Positions 23,901 to 36,700 of a stretch of 64,000 nt of DNA are shown here, in pieces. The notes under the pieces are model-generated. The model searched no databases, had not been told where the DNA came from, and was given only the letters and a program-made list of their open reading frames with translations. A program made the position numbers and the translations under genes. The DNA comes from Balanoglossus misakiensis (Eukaryota; Animalia; Hemichordata), in the NCBI GenBank assembly GCA_040954595.2, contig CM082576.2, positions 8,373,129 to 8,437,128 of the forward strand. Direction: 5' to 3'. Position 1 is the first letter of the stretch, and each line of letters begins with the position of its first letter.

Positions 23901-26900
23901 GGTGACCAAATTTAAAACAAGATTCAATTTGAATCTTGCATTAGGTTGAAAATGTCATTATCCAGACAAACTCACGTAAGAATGGCAGATACACATCAGC
24001 CTACTAATTCAAGCTCTGCATACAAAGTATTGTACATTACGTGAAATATATTAGGGGCAATGATGCGTGACTGATATGTTTGTGATTCCGTCTTTAAACA
24101 GACGAACGTTCATCCATCATTTTTGTTGACACAATGTACATCTTTCTTTTGGGCTTGTAATGTGTAGTATTTCACAGGGGAATTAAAGACTACTGTCAAA
24201 GGATGAATATTCAATACATCAAAAATTACTGACAAGCCAACCATTTAGGCTGAGAGACCACCCACACACTGGACTGCTTTTGCAAAAACAAAACGGTATT
24301 TTTTCAGTTCGAATGCATCATGGTCTAATGTTACAAGATGTTAAGAATGACCGTCACAATCTTAGTCTGAGGCCATCAAACCTTAAACCTCTGAGCTCCA
24401 GCCAGATAAAAACTTCCAAATGATGTCATAGGTCACCCGGGAGAAAATTGTTGGATTGCGTAAAACTCAAATTCCAACTTTCACATAACTGATAAAGCCA
24501 CTGTGATACAGACACTCCACACATAACACTAACCTGTGCTTGAAATTTATCATATGTTAATATAGGTCCGCAGAAGAACAGGGGTAGGTAGAAATTGTAT
24601 GTCAGGAAGTCCATCAACATCGTCAGGCTTGAACGGTTCTCCGTGGCCGGGCGCTTGCAGTACTCCAGGGCAAAGCTGAGGAATCTCAGATTGCACATGG
24701 CCAATACGAACACCATCAGGTTATATTGGTCCTCTTCATCCACATATAACTGTTGCTGAAATCATCAATGTTTTTTGAGTTTGTAAGACAAGATGGCTGC
24801 CTCATAAAAAGACCAAAATCCATCATGGAGTTTACATGTGTATGTGTGTTTTCCTACAACTATGTTTCAAATGGGGGCATTTTACTCTTTGTACAGGCAA
24901 TTAAAAACCAGTACTTTATCAGACCCGCATTGTCAGCTAAGATTGCTTATACCCTCCCACTAGTACAGTGTGGACCAAGCCCACTGTTTCTCTATCGTGC
25001 GGTTGCAACCATATACAAAGAACAGGGGTGAACGGGTCTAGTGAACGTTCAACTTCCAACATAGTTTTGAGCGTTCTATCTGATCAGGATATACACATTA
25101 TAAAGAGCTGAACACAACCTGATAATATCTAAAGAAGCTCATCAGTTGCATTTCGTTCATCAATATGCATCAGATGTAACAATTTTCCCGACCCAGGGAA
25201 AGTCATTGCACTTTTAACACTTCAACAGTGTGATAAATGTTTATCGTGTTACGGTTTGCTTCGTGATGCTAAAATTTCCCGAGAGACCACAAGTCTTCTC
25301 AAAATAACTGCAGATTACACTGACACGGCCTTGTACACTCAGTGAAATTTAAAAAAAAAAAATTAATTAACCTGCTATATTTTAATGTAGCAAAATGGAA
25401 AATAAGGCGTGATAAAAATACTGCTGCAGGCACTTCAGCATTTTTACTCTCGCTAATCAAATCCTTTATCAGAATACATATATACACGTACATGTATAAT
25501 TGATAATCTGTGATTGTACTCTTGAATGAACAGGTTTTATATTTTATATGGGACATCTCAACCGTGACTCTTGCTACTGTATCATGAAGAAGATGGCCAC
25601 TGACTACTGCCCTCATGCAGCTCATACGTGAAACCTTTGTTTTCATCTAACATCTCGCTTTTACACTCTCCACCAATGCATGGCGAGACAATTTCATGTT
25701 AACATCAATCTGATTAAGATCAGATATAGGGCATGGCCGTGTCATTTACTTACACAGTATTCTCTTAGGTGACAGCATAAGAGGATAGCTCATAAGAAAA
25801 AGATGTCGCCATATTAACCTACATGTGATTTCAATCAGATTGGTGTTAAATGAATCTATCACAAAAATAAGGATCACTGCCTAACCCCAGGCATCATTGA
25901 AGTGCTACTACAGGTCTGACGTCATTCGCCCGCAACAGGTCATGGGTCAGGGGTCACAAGCATGTCACAGGTCACTTACCTGCCATTCCATCATTGGCTG
26001 CTGGTTCAGGGCAACGACCTGACCAATGCCCACGATCCAGCACAGGCTGGGCATCTTGAACAAGGCGACCGTGTAAGTGACCACGGAATTAGCAATCAGG
26101 ATCCCGAACGTCTTTGTTCCCAGCAGCAGCCACAGCGTAGACAGCGAGTAGCCGAGGAACACTTGCTGGCGGTGCTGTTGATACAATCATGATATTGTAT
26201 TCACTTGATGTACAAAGAATCTGAACTTCATCTTTCGGGTTCTGTCAAAACCACAGAGTTCAAGCTTTCGTGTCAGTCGTGCGATCAATCAATCAATCAA
26301 TCAATCAAAAACAATTATATGGCGCCAATATCCAGAGAACTGTTCAGTGGTGCCCAAATCACAATCATGAGTTGTGCACACGGAGAGTTTAGCATATTTA
26401 GCATAAAAGTGCAATTTTTATGTGCAGCTGATTACGAGCTGAGGAGAAGTGGGCTGGGAAAATGTAACCTTTTGGTTTGGACTAGGCGGAGTTCAGAATG
26501 CAGACACTGGATTCACTGCTTCAACTCTGAAATGTGGTTGACTGAACGCTTACCTCCGGCAAGTAGGCAGCGGCAAGTCTTCCCAGAATGACATGACCAA
26601 TCATTACCCCGATGAAAGCATAGTTGGAGAGAACTGCTTTCCAAAACTGCCATTCAAAGTCAGCAACATCCTGTGATAAAACACAAAAATGTTGCTATAT
26701 TAAAATAGCCTTTAGTATGTAAGAAAATTTATAACTGAGACAGTGGTATCAGTGTGAAAGTTTTCAGTCGACTGTCAGTGCCTAAAAAAACGAATGAACA
26801 TACCTTCTTCCCATTAAAAAATAAACCATCCTGCAAGTCATATGCATTTAATGATGGCAAATTATCTGTGGGGGAAAACACAGAAAAGAAAAAAGATGAA

Positions 26901-27151
26901 AACCAATACCTTTGACCAAAATGCCATTTCTTATAAATTTTGAAACTTTGTGGTTTCCAAATTTCATCAAATCAGGGGGGGGGGGTCAATTTACCTCTTG
27001 ATGCAGTGTATACCCGATAGAATGAATATCCTGCCGACGCAAACCAGAACACGCCACACGTGATAAGTTCTGCCAGTCTTAGCAATTTGACTATTAAGGA
27101 TGCGTTACCCGGTGAACTTGTCTTCTCAGATGATGAGGGTGACGGAGCCAT
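20820..27151 (-). CDS. HHAT: Hedgehog acyltransferase (MBOAT family), 517 aa; complement(join(20820..20917,21627..21970,22562..22597,23065..23215,23332..23503,24534..24755,25980..26174,26554..26670,26804..26865,26995..27151))
   Basis: Ten exons give a 1554-nt uninterrupted frame. Motifs include [44 protein letters not shown] and SNLVFLGG. The catalytic His codon at 21877-21879 is intact, arguing for HHAT over the His-less HHATL. Confidence 0.95.
21627..21970 (-). CDS. HHAT: HHAT coding exon 9 ([12 protein letters not shown]...YWHGG...SNLVFLGG...LFLN)
   Basis: TTTTTCTCAG acceptor and G|GTGAGT donor; contains the catalytic His. Confidence 0.96.
22562..22597 (-). CDS. HHAT: HHAT coding exon 8, 36 nt ([12 protein letters not shown])
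   Basis: TTTTCTTCAG acceptor and AG|GTAAGT donor; carries the conserved Asp of WRYFD. Confidence 0.93.
23065..23215 (-). CDS. HHAT: HHAT coding exon 7 ([22 protein letters not shown]...[15 protein letters not shown])
   Basis: TGTAG acceptor and AG|GTAAGA donor; includes the Cys of the PxCVS motif (heme ligand in human HHAT). Confidence 0.94.
23332..23503 (-). CDS. HHAT: HHAT coding exon 6 (INERPRR...[12 protein letters not shown]...WSI)
   Basis: TTCTTTCTCAG acceptor and G|GTGAGT donor; 172 nt. Confidence 0.92.
24534..24755 (-). CDS. HHAT: HHAT coding exon 5 ([13 protein letters not shown]...LRFLSFALE...[19 protein letters not shown])
   Basis: TTTCAG acceptor (an alternative CAG lies 6 nt inside) and CAG|GTTAGT donor; MBOAT P...GP motif. 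Confidence 0.93.
25980..26174 (-). CDS. HHAT: HHAT coding exon 4 ([11 protein letters not shown]...MMEWQ)
   Basis: CAACAG acceptor and CAG|GTAAGT donor; 195 nt of hydrophobic transmembrane segments. Confidence 0.93.
26554..26670 (-). CDS. HHAT: HHAT coding exon 3 ([11 protein letters not shown]...[15 protein letters not shown])
   Basis: CACAG acceptor and GAG|GTAAGC donor; DxxDFEW motif. Confidence 0.93.
26804..26865 (-). CDS. HHAT: HHAT coding exon 2 ([21 protein letters not shown])
   Basis: CCCCCACAG acceptor and AAG|GTATG donor; restores the frame. Confidence 0.88.
26995..27151 (-). CDS. HHAT: HHAT coding exon 1 ([10 protein letters not shown]...[25 protein letters not shown])
   Basis: ATG in ACATCATGG context; donor G|GTAAAT; YSFYRVY matches the HHAT N-terminus. 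Confidence 0.88.
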
Positions 27152-27310
27152 GATGTTGTTTTGATAAGTGTTTATAGAAGCGGGATGGGCTTTGCGCTAA
27201 TCGACCTTCGATATGTACTCGATACGTGACACGACAACCAGTAGGGCTCCAGTAACTTCTCCAACAATAAATTCCACGCATGAAAGTGTCGTAAGCCTCT
27301 TGAATAGAAA

Positions 27311-27570
27311 CTGAGAAAAACACGTTTACTTCCGTTTACTTCATTTCATCAATCTAGTTCCTCCAGATCCGTCCTCGGGTACCGCAAGCACAGAACAGTG
27401 GTATCTGCCGCCCTCATCTCACCTTACTCTTCACTACCTGCGACTCATAACGTTAAAATCGTTTTAAAATCACCGCAATAGTATATAGTTTCAACAGCGT
27501 CTTTTCAACAGCACACTTCCTTGTTCCGTCTTGTTACAGCTGCAAAACGGTCAAAGTGCAAAGGTCATGA
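27311..27570 (-). promoter_or_regulatory. Putative HHAT promoter, short non-coding first exon and 5'UTR intron (27422..27311)
   Basis: Donor AAG|GTGAGA at 27423/27422, acceptor TTTTTCTCAG ending at 27311, ETS-like GGAAGT cores, and nuclear-receptor half-sites at 27548-27567. Confidence 0.4.
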
Positions 27571-28054
27571 TGTGTCACCGAATGAATGAAATGATTTTCC
27601 CAGATAAAACTTATGTTTTCCCAACAATATATGCGTCAAGATAGTTGACACAAAATTTTTCGTTGTAAATTTAACTAATACATCTTTCCCAAGCAAGATT
27701 TTTTTAGATAAAAAGGACCATTCCTTCAAAATTCTAGAATTACTTTGGAGTTAGTGAACGGCCATGTGAAACGACTGGATGGAAAATAAAATTCTGTGAG
27801 GGCGCTGTATAATATCAGGGAGGTGAGGGATAGTGGTGCGGTAAAGTGTGTGGCCGGGCAGTACAAACCCCAGATCCATGTTAGATCATTTTCACCCAAA
27901 ACATCAGGTTTTTGCGCATTAGACTACAATCATTTCTGAAGGTACATTCAGCCAAATGTACTTTCAATTGATTACTTTCTCACTAAAAACATGCCGTTAT
28001 ATCGTCAGTCACATTGATGAACCGTGCATCAGCATATATACTAATTGCCAGTTG

Positions 28055-28158
<104 letters not shown>

Positions 28159-30667
28159 CTTATTTTAATAGACGCACGAAAGTGTGTATGTACGAGAGAG
28201 AAAGGCGGGGAGCTCGCAGAGGGAGGGGGCCATTTACATCATCTGATCACCACGTCCGTACGTTGTTTAAATATCAACATTGTCACCGTATGAGGGCGGT
28301 ATTCAGCGCACCTGTTAGAGCTGATGATGTGTATTTTCTTCTTCGCAATTTACGCTCCTTTAATACATAATTGTTTCTATCTATCCACACTTCGTTCCTT
28401 CAGCAGATCATCAAAACATAATTCGGTCGTTCAGTTCTCGTTACTAACTGTGCCTGCCTTATTATAACTGGTAACTATTGTCCTTTTCTATTAAGAAATC
28501 ACATCAAACTGTTATACCATCTGATCGAGTTCATCGCTGTGATTTATCATGCCGCAACTGTCAAAATATAAAAAATAGGTGACCCCCCCCCCGCTCTAAC
28601 GCGGTTGACTTACCGTCAAAGAGCCGAGGAAAAGCTTAAAAGCTTCTGAACAAGTAAAAAAAACAGTAGTCGCACAAGAGGTTGTTTTCTCTCGACGAAA
28701 CCTTGTCACTCCAAATTTGGGCGGAAAAATGGTGAGTAAGTTCGTAGAACCCCAAATAGCTGTTTGTGTTGGCCTCTCTTCGGCCACCTGCGGTGTTCCG
28801 ACGTATTTGTTCTATAGACGAAACCGTTCTCTATTTACTTTTCTGATGTACGCCAGGTCTCTTGATTACGGCTAGGGGCGAGGCTTTTGTAGATCGACAA
28901 TGCAAATACCTTTTGTTGAGTCCACTACCCAATAATACTTTCTTTGCTGAAAAAGGGGTATAGCGCCCGGGGCTTCGACTTAAGATGCGGCGAGTGGAAG
29001 AGAGAGGGGGGAGAAAGGCATTTGGACAAGTTGTCAGAACCAGAAGAATCAAGAAGGGAAGTTTCATCTTGTCCAGTGTTTTGGACACTCGAGATAAAGT
29101 ACGCTCTCTTTCCCCCCGACATCCTTGAAGGAGTTGAAGAAGCGCCGTAATGCATCGCAATGAAGCTGGGGGGGGGGGGGGGGGGGGCTGGACACAGACA
29201 GAGAATCGATACAATCGTATAGATAACATATTACTAAATTTATGTTTGTTTTCCACGAGTCTCTGCCTTTCCGCGTATTAAAATATTACTCTTGCCGCGC
29301 GTAAGAGGACACACAAAACCGGAGCTCATTTGCATACACAGACAATGCTGAGAAGCTGCTGGGCCATCCACATCACAAAGTCGCGCAACGTGTACAGAAC
29401 TTGATATAGGACGGGACAATCCATTCTGGACAAAAGCGAATGTATCTGAAAGAAAAACAATATGCAACGTTGTCTGCTAAATGGGTTGTTAAATGCTTAC
29501 ATGGGGAAAAATCAATCAAGTCAATTAGCCGCAATTATCATGGTAATGTTCGCCCTCATTGTTTGTCGGAGAATTTTCTTAATTTAGCGTCCGGGGAAGA
29601 TAGGGAGTCTGGCATCAGCACACTCCGTGGTCAAGCAGCCGGAAGAGCGTCTTATGACGTGACGTGACGCTTGAAAACTCGAGAGACCGAACCTAACGTG
29701 GTTTTTCTTTTTAAATCACGGTTTTTCCATCCTCTTAAAGTCTTTACAAGAATATAAAGGATAACTTCTGAGCTAGGTCTTCTGTGGCCATTACAATACG
29801 TGAGAAAAGGGGGAGGGTAACGGAGAGAGTTCCCACCGCCAACACCACTGTATACCATCCCTCGCCGGTTTGAAGTTTTGTCCATCGTCTATTTGAAGGG
29901 CCGGAGCGCACGTTGGGCGCCCCGTGGCGCAAACCCCATGCATGCACTGGGCACTGCGCAGCGATGTCTCTTAATTACGTTGTTGTGATTCGAATCGGCT
30001 ACATCAGAAACACATTTACAATAAATAATTATTCATTTCATCGATTATAATGTTTCCTTTTCGGGGGTACCCGCGTGTTATCTTCGCTGTCTTAATAGAT
30101 GGCTTGTTTTCATGCAGGGAGATAGTGTTGTAGTCTGTAACTGAGCACGCGCCCGGAATGGCCCGGCGACCAGCTGCCACAACGCATTGAGAAAAATCGC
30201 TACTTTTGGTCACTGGGGGAAGATGGGTGCGTTTTGAATTGGTTGTAACGGGGTAATTATCCTGTTTGCCCGGACAAAAGTGGCGGCCAATTACCGACAC
30301 TCGAAATGTCACAAGATACCACGCCATAATAGCACGTTTACAGGGGATGTACTCTAATTTACTACTTTAAAGGGGCCAGATGTAATTGTCCGAATCAAAG
30401 TTATTAAGTCTGACTGAGGCAGACCGACGTACAGGATGGACACTTGAGGTCTTTTTTCGCATTCCTTGCATTGTCCAGGGCCCGCAGTCTAGGCTTTAAA
30501 CTAGAGTTAGTCATTTCAGCACCTTCGCCCCCAACACATTAACAGATATGTTGTACACACTATTCTCATTTACAACCACAGTAACACAAGTCACATGCAG
30601 TACCAATACCTAACTGCTGCATCCTGCAATGCAGCCATCTCAGATGCATGCATACGTCTACGTATTC

Positions 30668-30718
30668 ATACACACACAAGCACACATACATACACACACG
30701 CACACACACACACACACA
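30668..30718. repeat. Imperfect (CA)n microsatellite
   Basis: Direct inspection. Confidence 0.85.
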
Positions 30719-33700
30719 ATCTTGACACCACTTTTCACATTTTACACGATTTTCTTTAGTCAAGTTTATTTGTTACCCAATTGTTGTTTGCCCCCCCCCC
30801 CCCACAGTTTCAATAGTAACAAATTAGGCTTCAAAAGAAAATAATTTGCGAATTTCCGTTGTTTTGGGTTATCTAATTGCTGTGGATTTTCTGAAGTCAA
30901 TAATTTACCCTATGTTATTAATGTCGTTGAACAGTGTAAGCGATATATCCCCCTCGCCTGCTAGCTATCCCTGTGTGCATTTACACTATACAATATGCAT
31001 CATTGGCACTGTAGTTGGCCACAGATACAGACAAATTCGGCTGTTTTGTTTTTCGCTTTCATTCAATCTAATCGCGCATTATTTTTCTCCATTTTTACGG
31101 ACAGGTTCATTCGAAAACGGTTGATGTGATAACGCATTGTCCCTCGGCTTTAGTTAGAGGCTTGCTTGAAGATTCGCAGTCCGATGATCACACGGAATTT
31201 GCTGTTTTCGCTTTGCTTCTTTTTATTCCCTTTTATGGGTCACTTGAAACGGCTGAGGTGACAAATTTCATTTTGTCTTCCGATTCTAGATGCTTTCTTG
31301 AAGATGTTCAGTCGGCTGCCCACTCGGTATCCAATCATGTAACGCCGTGACGTAGCCGATTTTCAATTGCGTCATGGCTGCACTGTTCTTGGAAATAAAG
31401 TTTGCTGGCGGACTTTTGGATGTGGAACCGCCCGTTCTGATATAGGACGGAATTTTTTCAAGATGATCTGATCCCAAAACCAAGATTCTGTGCCTTCGAT
31501 AATCTGCTCGTTCAAACAAATCAGAGCGACTCATCTGACTCGACAACCACCTGTTGGAATTCTAATATGTAAAATCTCGCTCTGGACCAATTGGGACTGG
31601 GGGTCGACGTCACTCGCAACAACAGCAAAAACTGGGGTATAAAACTGTGTGTGAATATCCACTGAGACAGACTTAAAGAGAAAAACTGTGAATAAATCTG
31701 AGTCCGGCGTTTAATGGTTCTGTGTGACGGTTGAGTAATACTGGTCACGCTCTGCCTTTTCAATCTGAAGTGAAAATCACGCGAACTAGCCACTTGAGGC
31801 TTCTAGCTTTCTGGAACAAAAAACGGAAACCATAAGACACAAAACTGGCCCAAATCTTTTCACCGTAATTCTCCTCGAACACTGAAAACAGAAGTGCTTC
31901 GTTGAATGGCCGAAGAACACCAACGAAGTGCCGAGTCTTTGTGTACTTAGCTTTGGTGTTAATTAATTATGGGACATCGTGGTGATTGGAGTGCGGCTAA
32001 GCCACCCAGGCACGGTTCCCCTCGACAACAACAAAAAATCTATTCACTGCAGTGACGTACCATAGTAGGCGAGGCTATTCGTCAGAGATACCACCTTTTG
32101 TTACGAAGGAAGGGGCATTGTGAACACAACGGATTTTTGGCTGACCAGGACGCTTCTTCTTCCCTTTTTTCCACGGATTCCCTCTGCTATTGCCGTTATA
32201 TAGAGAGCGTCTGTCGCATAAAGCCGGATTACCCGTGCTCTATTGCTGCGTAACACGGTGTGGCAATCAATCAAACAGAAGCCCGCGTGTTTACGCCGTG
32301 ATCTGGGAATGAAAAAACAACACAGTTATGCTGTTTTGAAACAACTTCTGCGGCGATTCTTGGGCACAGTTTGTTGGTTGCTTTTATTTAGCGCCTTCGC
32401 CCCGGGGACGGCTCCTCAATTAGTTCTAATTAGCGAGTCTTTGGATTACTTCCACTCGAGCTAGGGCCGTAATTTATACAAGTCCTAATCTGCGTTCGGT
32501 TTACAAGTATCCACTTGTGTCTTTGCCGGGTGGACGCGCAGTCGCGCATCCCCCTCACTCGCTTGACGGGCATCCGCCATAATTACTCTCGACACCGTCG
32601 CGAATTATCACTCTGCAATCCGAGCGGCGCGCGCGCTGCCCCACACACCCCGATGCTCGCTCAGCGAATGACGGACAATTCAGCGGTTCAATTGTTCGGA
32701 TGTAGCTTCCCACACTCCCAGCCTTGTCGAGTGATAAAAGAAGCTCTCATTAAACACGCACGCACCAATGCACCAGTCGCCGAGATAGCGGTGATGCTGC
32801 TGACGACGGACACCTTCGGGCGCAACGCTCTGGTATTCCCATTTGAAAATGTGAAAAATAAGTTTCCAGGGAGCGGGGGGGGGGGGGGGGGGCAGCAAAC
32901 GGCGCTTTTCTTGGGTACTCCCCCGCCCCTCTCATTCACTCTCATTCAAGTTGAAGCGAAACCTTAGACACCAGAAGGTCACTCAAGACGACCGTGTCTG
33001 TTATATGAACACATTTAGAACAATTGCATGTAACTAAATACATCCATTGTCATCATTATTGGCGTACATCATGTCGGGAACGAACAAGAAACAATGGTTT
33101 TGGGGGAAAATCGAACAAAAAGAAATACCAAAATGAGGTAATTCCGAGAAGATCGCCCTGTTTTTTTCTTAAATCGGTTTGGGAGTTTACTGACAGAAAT
33201 CTCCCACGAAATTGTCGACGGATTCAAATTTTTATAGTTTCAGGGCGAAATAAGACCATTTTCATTCAAATGCAACGGAGGCTTGTCGGTGAGAACCCCC
33301 CAAAAAACGGCAACGCTAAGCTCTCTAAGCGCCGCGTTTGAACTTTCGCCGAAAGTTTGCTTTTAGTTTTATCAGTCAGAGATGTGAAGAGATTGCCAGA
33401 ACTTGCCAACCGAGTGATCCTTCAAATTCCTTGACTCGGTTGTAATCCCGGACTTACCGACGAAACTGTTTTGTCTCACGTGAAAGGGGCGAAAAAGAGA
33501 TTTCGGGGCTTACAAGAGATTTGAGATGTAATTCGCTAGTTAACCGGAAATTAAAGCGAGACAATGGCGGTGGACGTGATTGTGTGCATCACTTGAGCAC
33601 CATTGTCTTAATGAAGTTTCTAAGGCCGGACAATAGGATCATCTTCTTTATCCAATAATGCCACAGGCTCACCGACGGATTCTGTCCTTTCGCCCGCTTC

Positions 33701-36700
33701 ACAAACGGCAGTTTTTTTGCCCTTTTTAAAAACGGCCGGTGCATTCAGAGAATTCGTGACCGCCAGGCTTTTGTGACTGGGAGGCTAGAAAACCGACACA
33801 TTGTGCTCGGTGAAAAGAAAGGCTGTTTACTGCGTCCCTCAATCGCATGATTTCCCGATTCTCCCACGTCTGTTGTTTGTTTTACCGTCCTGCGTGTGTT
33901 TGGGGTTTGAAACAAGTCAGCGATGTTTGTTTTTTTCTTTTCTGGCAGGGGTGCATTTTTTTCTTCACTGCCGTGAATGACAAACTAGATTATTTTCCCG
34001 TTACCTAACTCTTCTTTATTGGGATTCCATTACCAGCATGCACTGCGGCGAAGCGATACAGGTATACGGGTCGCCAGCCTGAGCCCCCGCATAACGGCAA
34101 AAGTGGGGACCCTCTTTTGAAAAGAAAAATCACACACACAAAAAACGCCAAGATGAACGATGCGTCAACGTTCATGCAGTCCGAGCTGTGACGACTACAA
34201 AAAGATCTGACATCTCCCTGCGTCTAGCAACAGATTCGTGTAGAAGCACATTCTCCATGTTTCAAGACGACTTCCCATGATCCTCTCCTGCGCTTTGGGG
34301 CTAGCCTCCCTGGTTACCACTGGTAACCCGATGCGCATGTTTTTTCTTTCGCCTCCGTACTGTGAAACAAAAGGGGACAAGAAGATACTGCATCGTGTAC
34401 ATGTGAGCACTTTGGCACAGTAGAACTTACGTTGACAATACGATACTCGCTGGGAATAAACTGCCTGCGATCAAGATGTACAGCACAAGCCATTTTTTCG
34501 TGTTGTGTAGTACGACTAACAAAAATAAAACCCGGCTGCAGTTTTGAAGCTTTCCGAATACCAATCTGCCCCAAAACAGCGTATAGAATGACTCCCCCGG
34601 TCGTTAAACTAAAAGAAACCGGTCATCAAGTTCCACGGGGCGAAATGCAAAGAATCTGGACGAGTCGTGAAAGGTATTGGGTTCTCCGCTTAGAGGTTCG
34701 ACAATGCCCGATTTGATCCGGAAATCTTCTATTGCACCAGTCGAGATCATAGAGTTTGTAATCCCGGGGCTTAAGACAGGAAAATATGCAGACGGGGCCC
34801 GGTACGACTTGAAACAAGACGAGAGCTAGACACCAAAAAAAAACCCTACCATTCCTGTCTGTCATTTCTGCTTCTGGTAATCGCTTCACGTCAGTTCCGG
34901 ATGCAGACGGATGGAGAGCTAATAGTCTTCCGAGTAGGTGAGGACAACTGCTTCGGGATTCGGTATCTCGCGAAAGGGGGACACTCATTTTAAGACGCGG
35001 GGCTTACAGGACGATTACTGAGATCTTTCCGCAGACTTGGTATTTTTACTGGTCGGATTTTGTCTTTCACAGTTTCGAATCGAATCCGCTAATGGATTTT
35101 TTGTAAATGGTGATAAAGACGCTTAGGTTTCCTAGAGGCCGAGTATTTACTCTAAATATGAATCATCATTCTCGCCGACACCACCACCATCATCATCATC
35201 GTCATCTTAATCATATCAAATTTATCTCCGCTAACCTGACGCCGAAAGACGCCGGCGCCATTGCCGGCATTCCAGCCGCCACAGAAGACCACGTTTCTAC
35301 ATAAGAGGAATCAATATAACATGACATATCTTGAGTTCATGTTTACTTCAGTGCACACTCAATATAACCAATGATTAAATTTAAAAAACAAACGTTAAAC
35401 CGCTCTCTTGTAAACCGAAGAAAAAAATATTATCAGAGGTGACCATACAAGAATTAGTTTTGGCACATTACCGTGACGTTGACGAAATATACAAATACCC
35501 AAAACTCAAAATGGCCGCCAACCTTTGTGTTATCTGAACTGACTTGTTTTGCTAATTTTTTTAAAAACAAACTGTGAACATCTCATTTTCTTTGGGTGTT
35601 ATTTTTCTCGAAATGACATAGACTTGCAAATGGCATAAATCGTCATGATTAGTGACAATCTGGTGTCATGGAGTTTGGGCTATTGTCAAACGTCGCATGT
35701 CTGCAATGGAACACTAGCGGTATAATTTCCGAAATCCAAATGAGAAGTTTCCTTGTCAATGAGTGAAAAAGGACGGCCCGAGGAAGATCCTGAGTATTTT
35801 TCTTTTCAGCTACACAATGTCAAGTTCGACTCCAAATATCTCTAAAAAAGAAACGGTGTAAGATTGACACGGCAATCTTTTGAATAAGTCAGTGTTTTTT
35901 CATGAAAAAGAACTTGATTCTCTGTGCGAAAACAATTGATCCTGCGACACGCTGCAACAAAAACGTTGACGGAGCTGGATGACACTTCCAGCGAGTGAAA
36001 AAAAACGCTTTCAGTGATCTCGGCGCTTGATAAGAGACCGTATCGAATCCTGGCTCGATCGTGTTTTCCAGACCCGGATCGATACCCGTAATGCAATAAA
36101 ATGTGACTGGGTTCGCTCACGGGCAAAAGTCAGAGCCGCTGTACGCTGTCGAGGCAGAATTCAGACTGGGAGACGGTGCCACAGAACCGGGGGGAACCGA
36201 TCAGCCGGAACCACCATCTTGACAAAAACACGTGCGAAGGAAATCGACAAGGAGAGCAAAAGAAAATGGATGAACATTAATTATTTTTTTTGTTACATGT
36301 GTACGTTGCCCGGGGAACCACTCACGCAAGACATTATTGATTAATTCGCAAAGCGTCAATCGCTTGTGTCTTGCACAGATTTACACAAGCCCGTTGGTTA
36401 AGCCATCTAAGGACAACCCCCTTGAAAAACTCTTCGTTTTCGTTAGATAATATAAATAAATATCCGTCTGACATTGCTCGAGCTCGATGTTGTTTCTCAA
36501 ATGGTCCTTGATTTCGATTTTTTAAAAATATACCACTATCTCCTCGCGTCCAAACAGGAAACTCCTTGAAATTTATAGTTTTTGGGGTGAAAAAGAAGAA
36601 TCGACACCGTATATAGCAAACACGCCTTTTCTTCGAGCGTTCGTTATATATTCATATTATCATGCCGACTCGCAGCGTTTCCACTGGTCCTGGTAATTAA

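Noticed and set aside
35158-35210. Poly-His ORF (35107..35304)
   Set aside because: A short CAC/CAT trinucleotide repeat with no domain or convincing splice context.
36010-36070. tRNA B-box-like tcgaatcctggctcg
   Set aside because: No A box or cloverleaf; not supportable as a tRNA or SINE.
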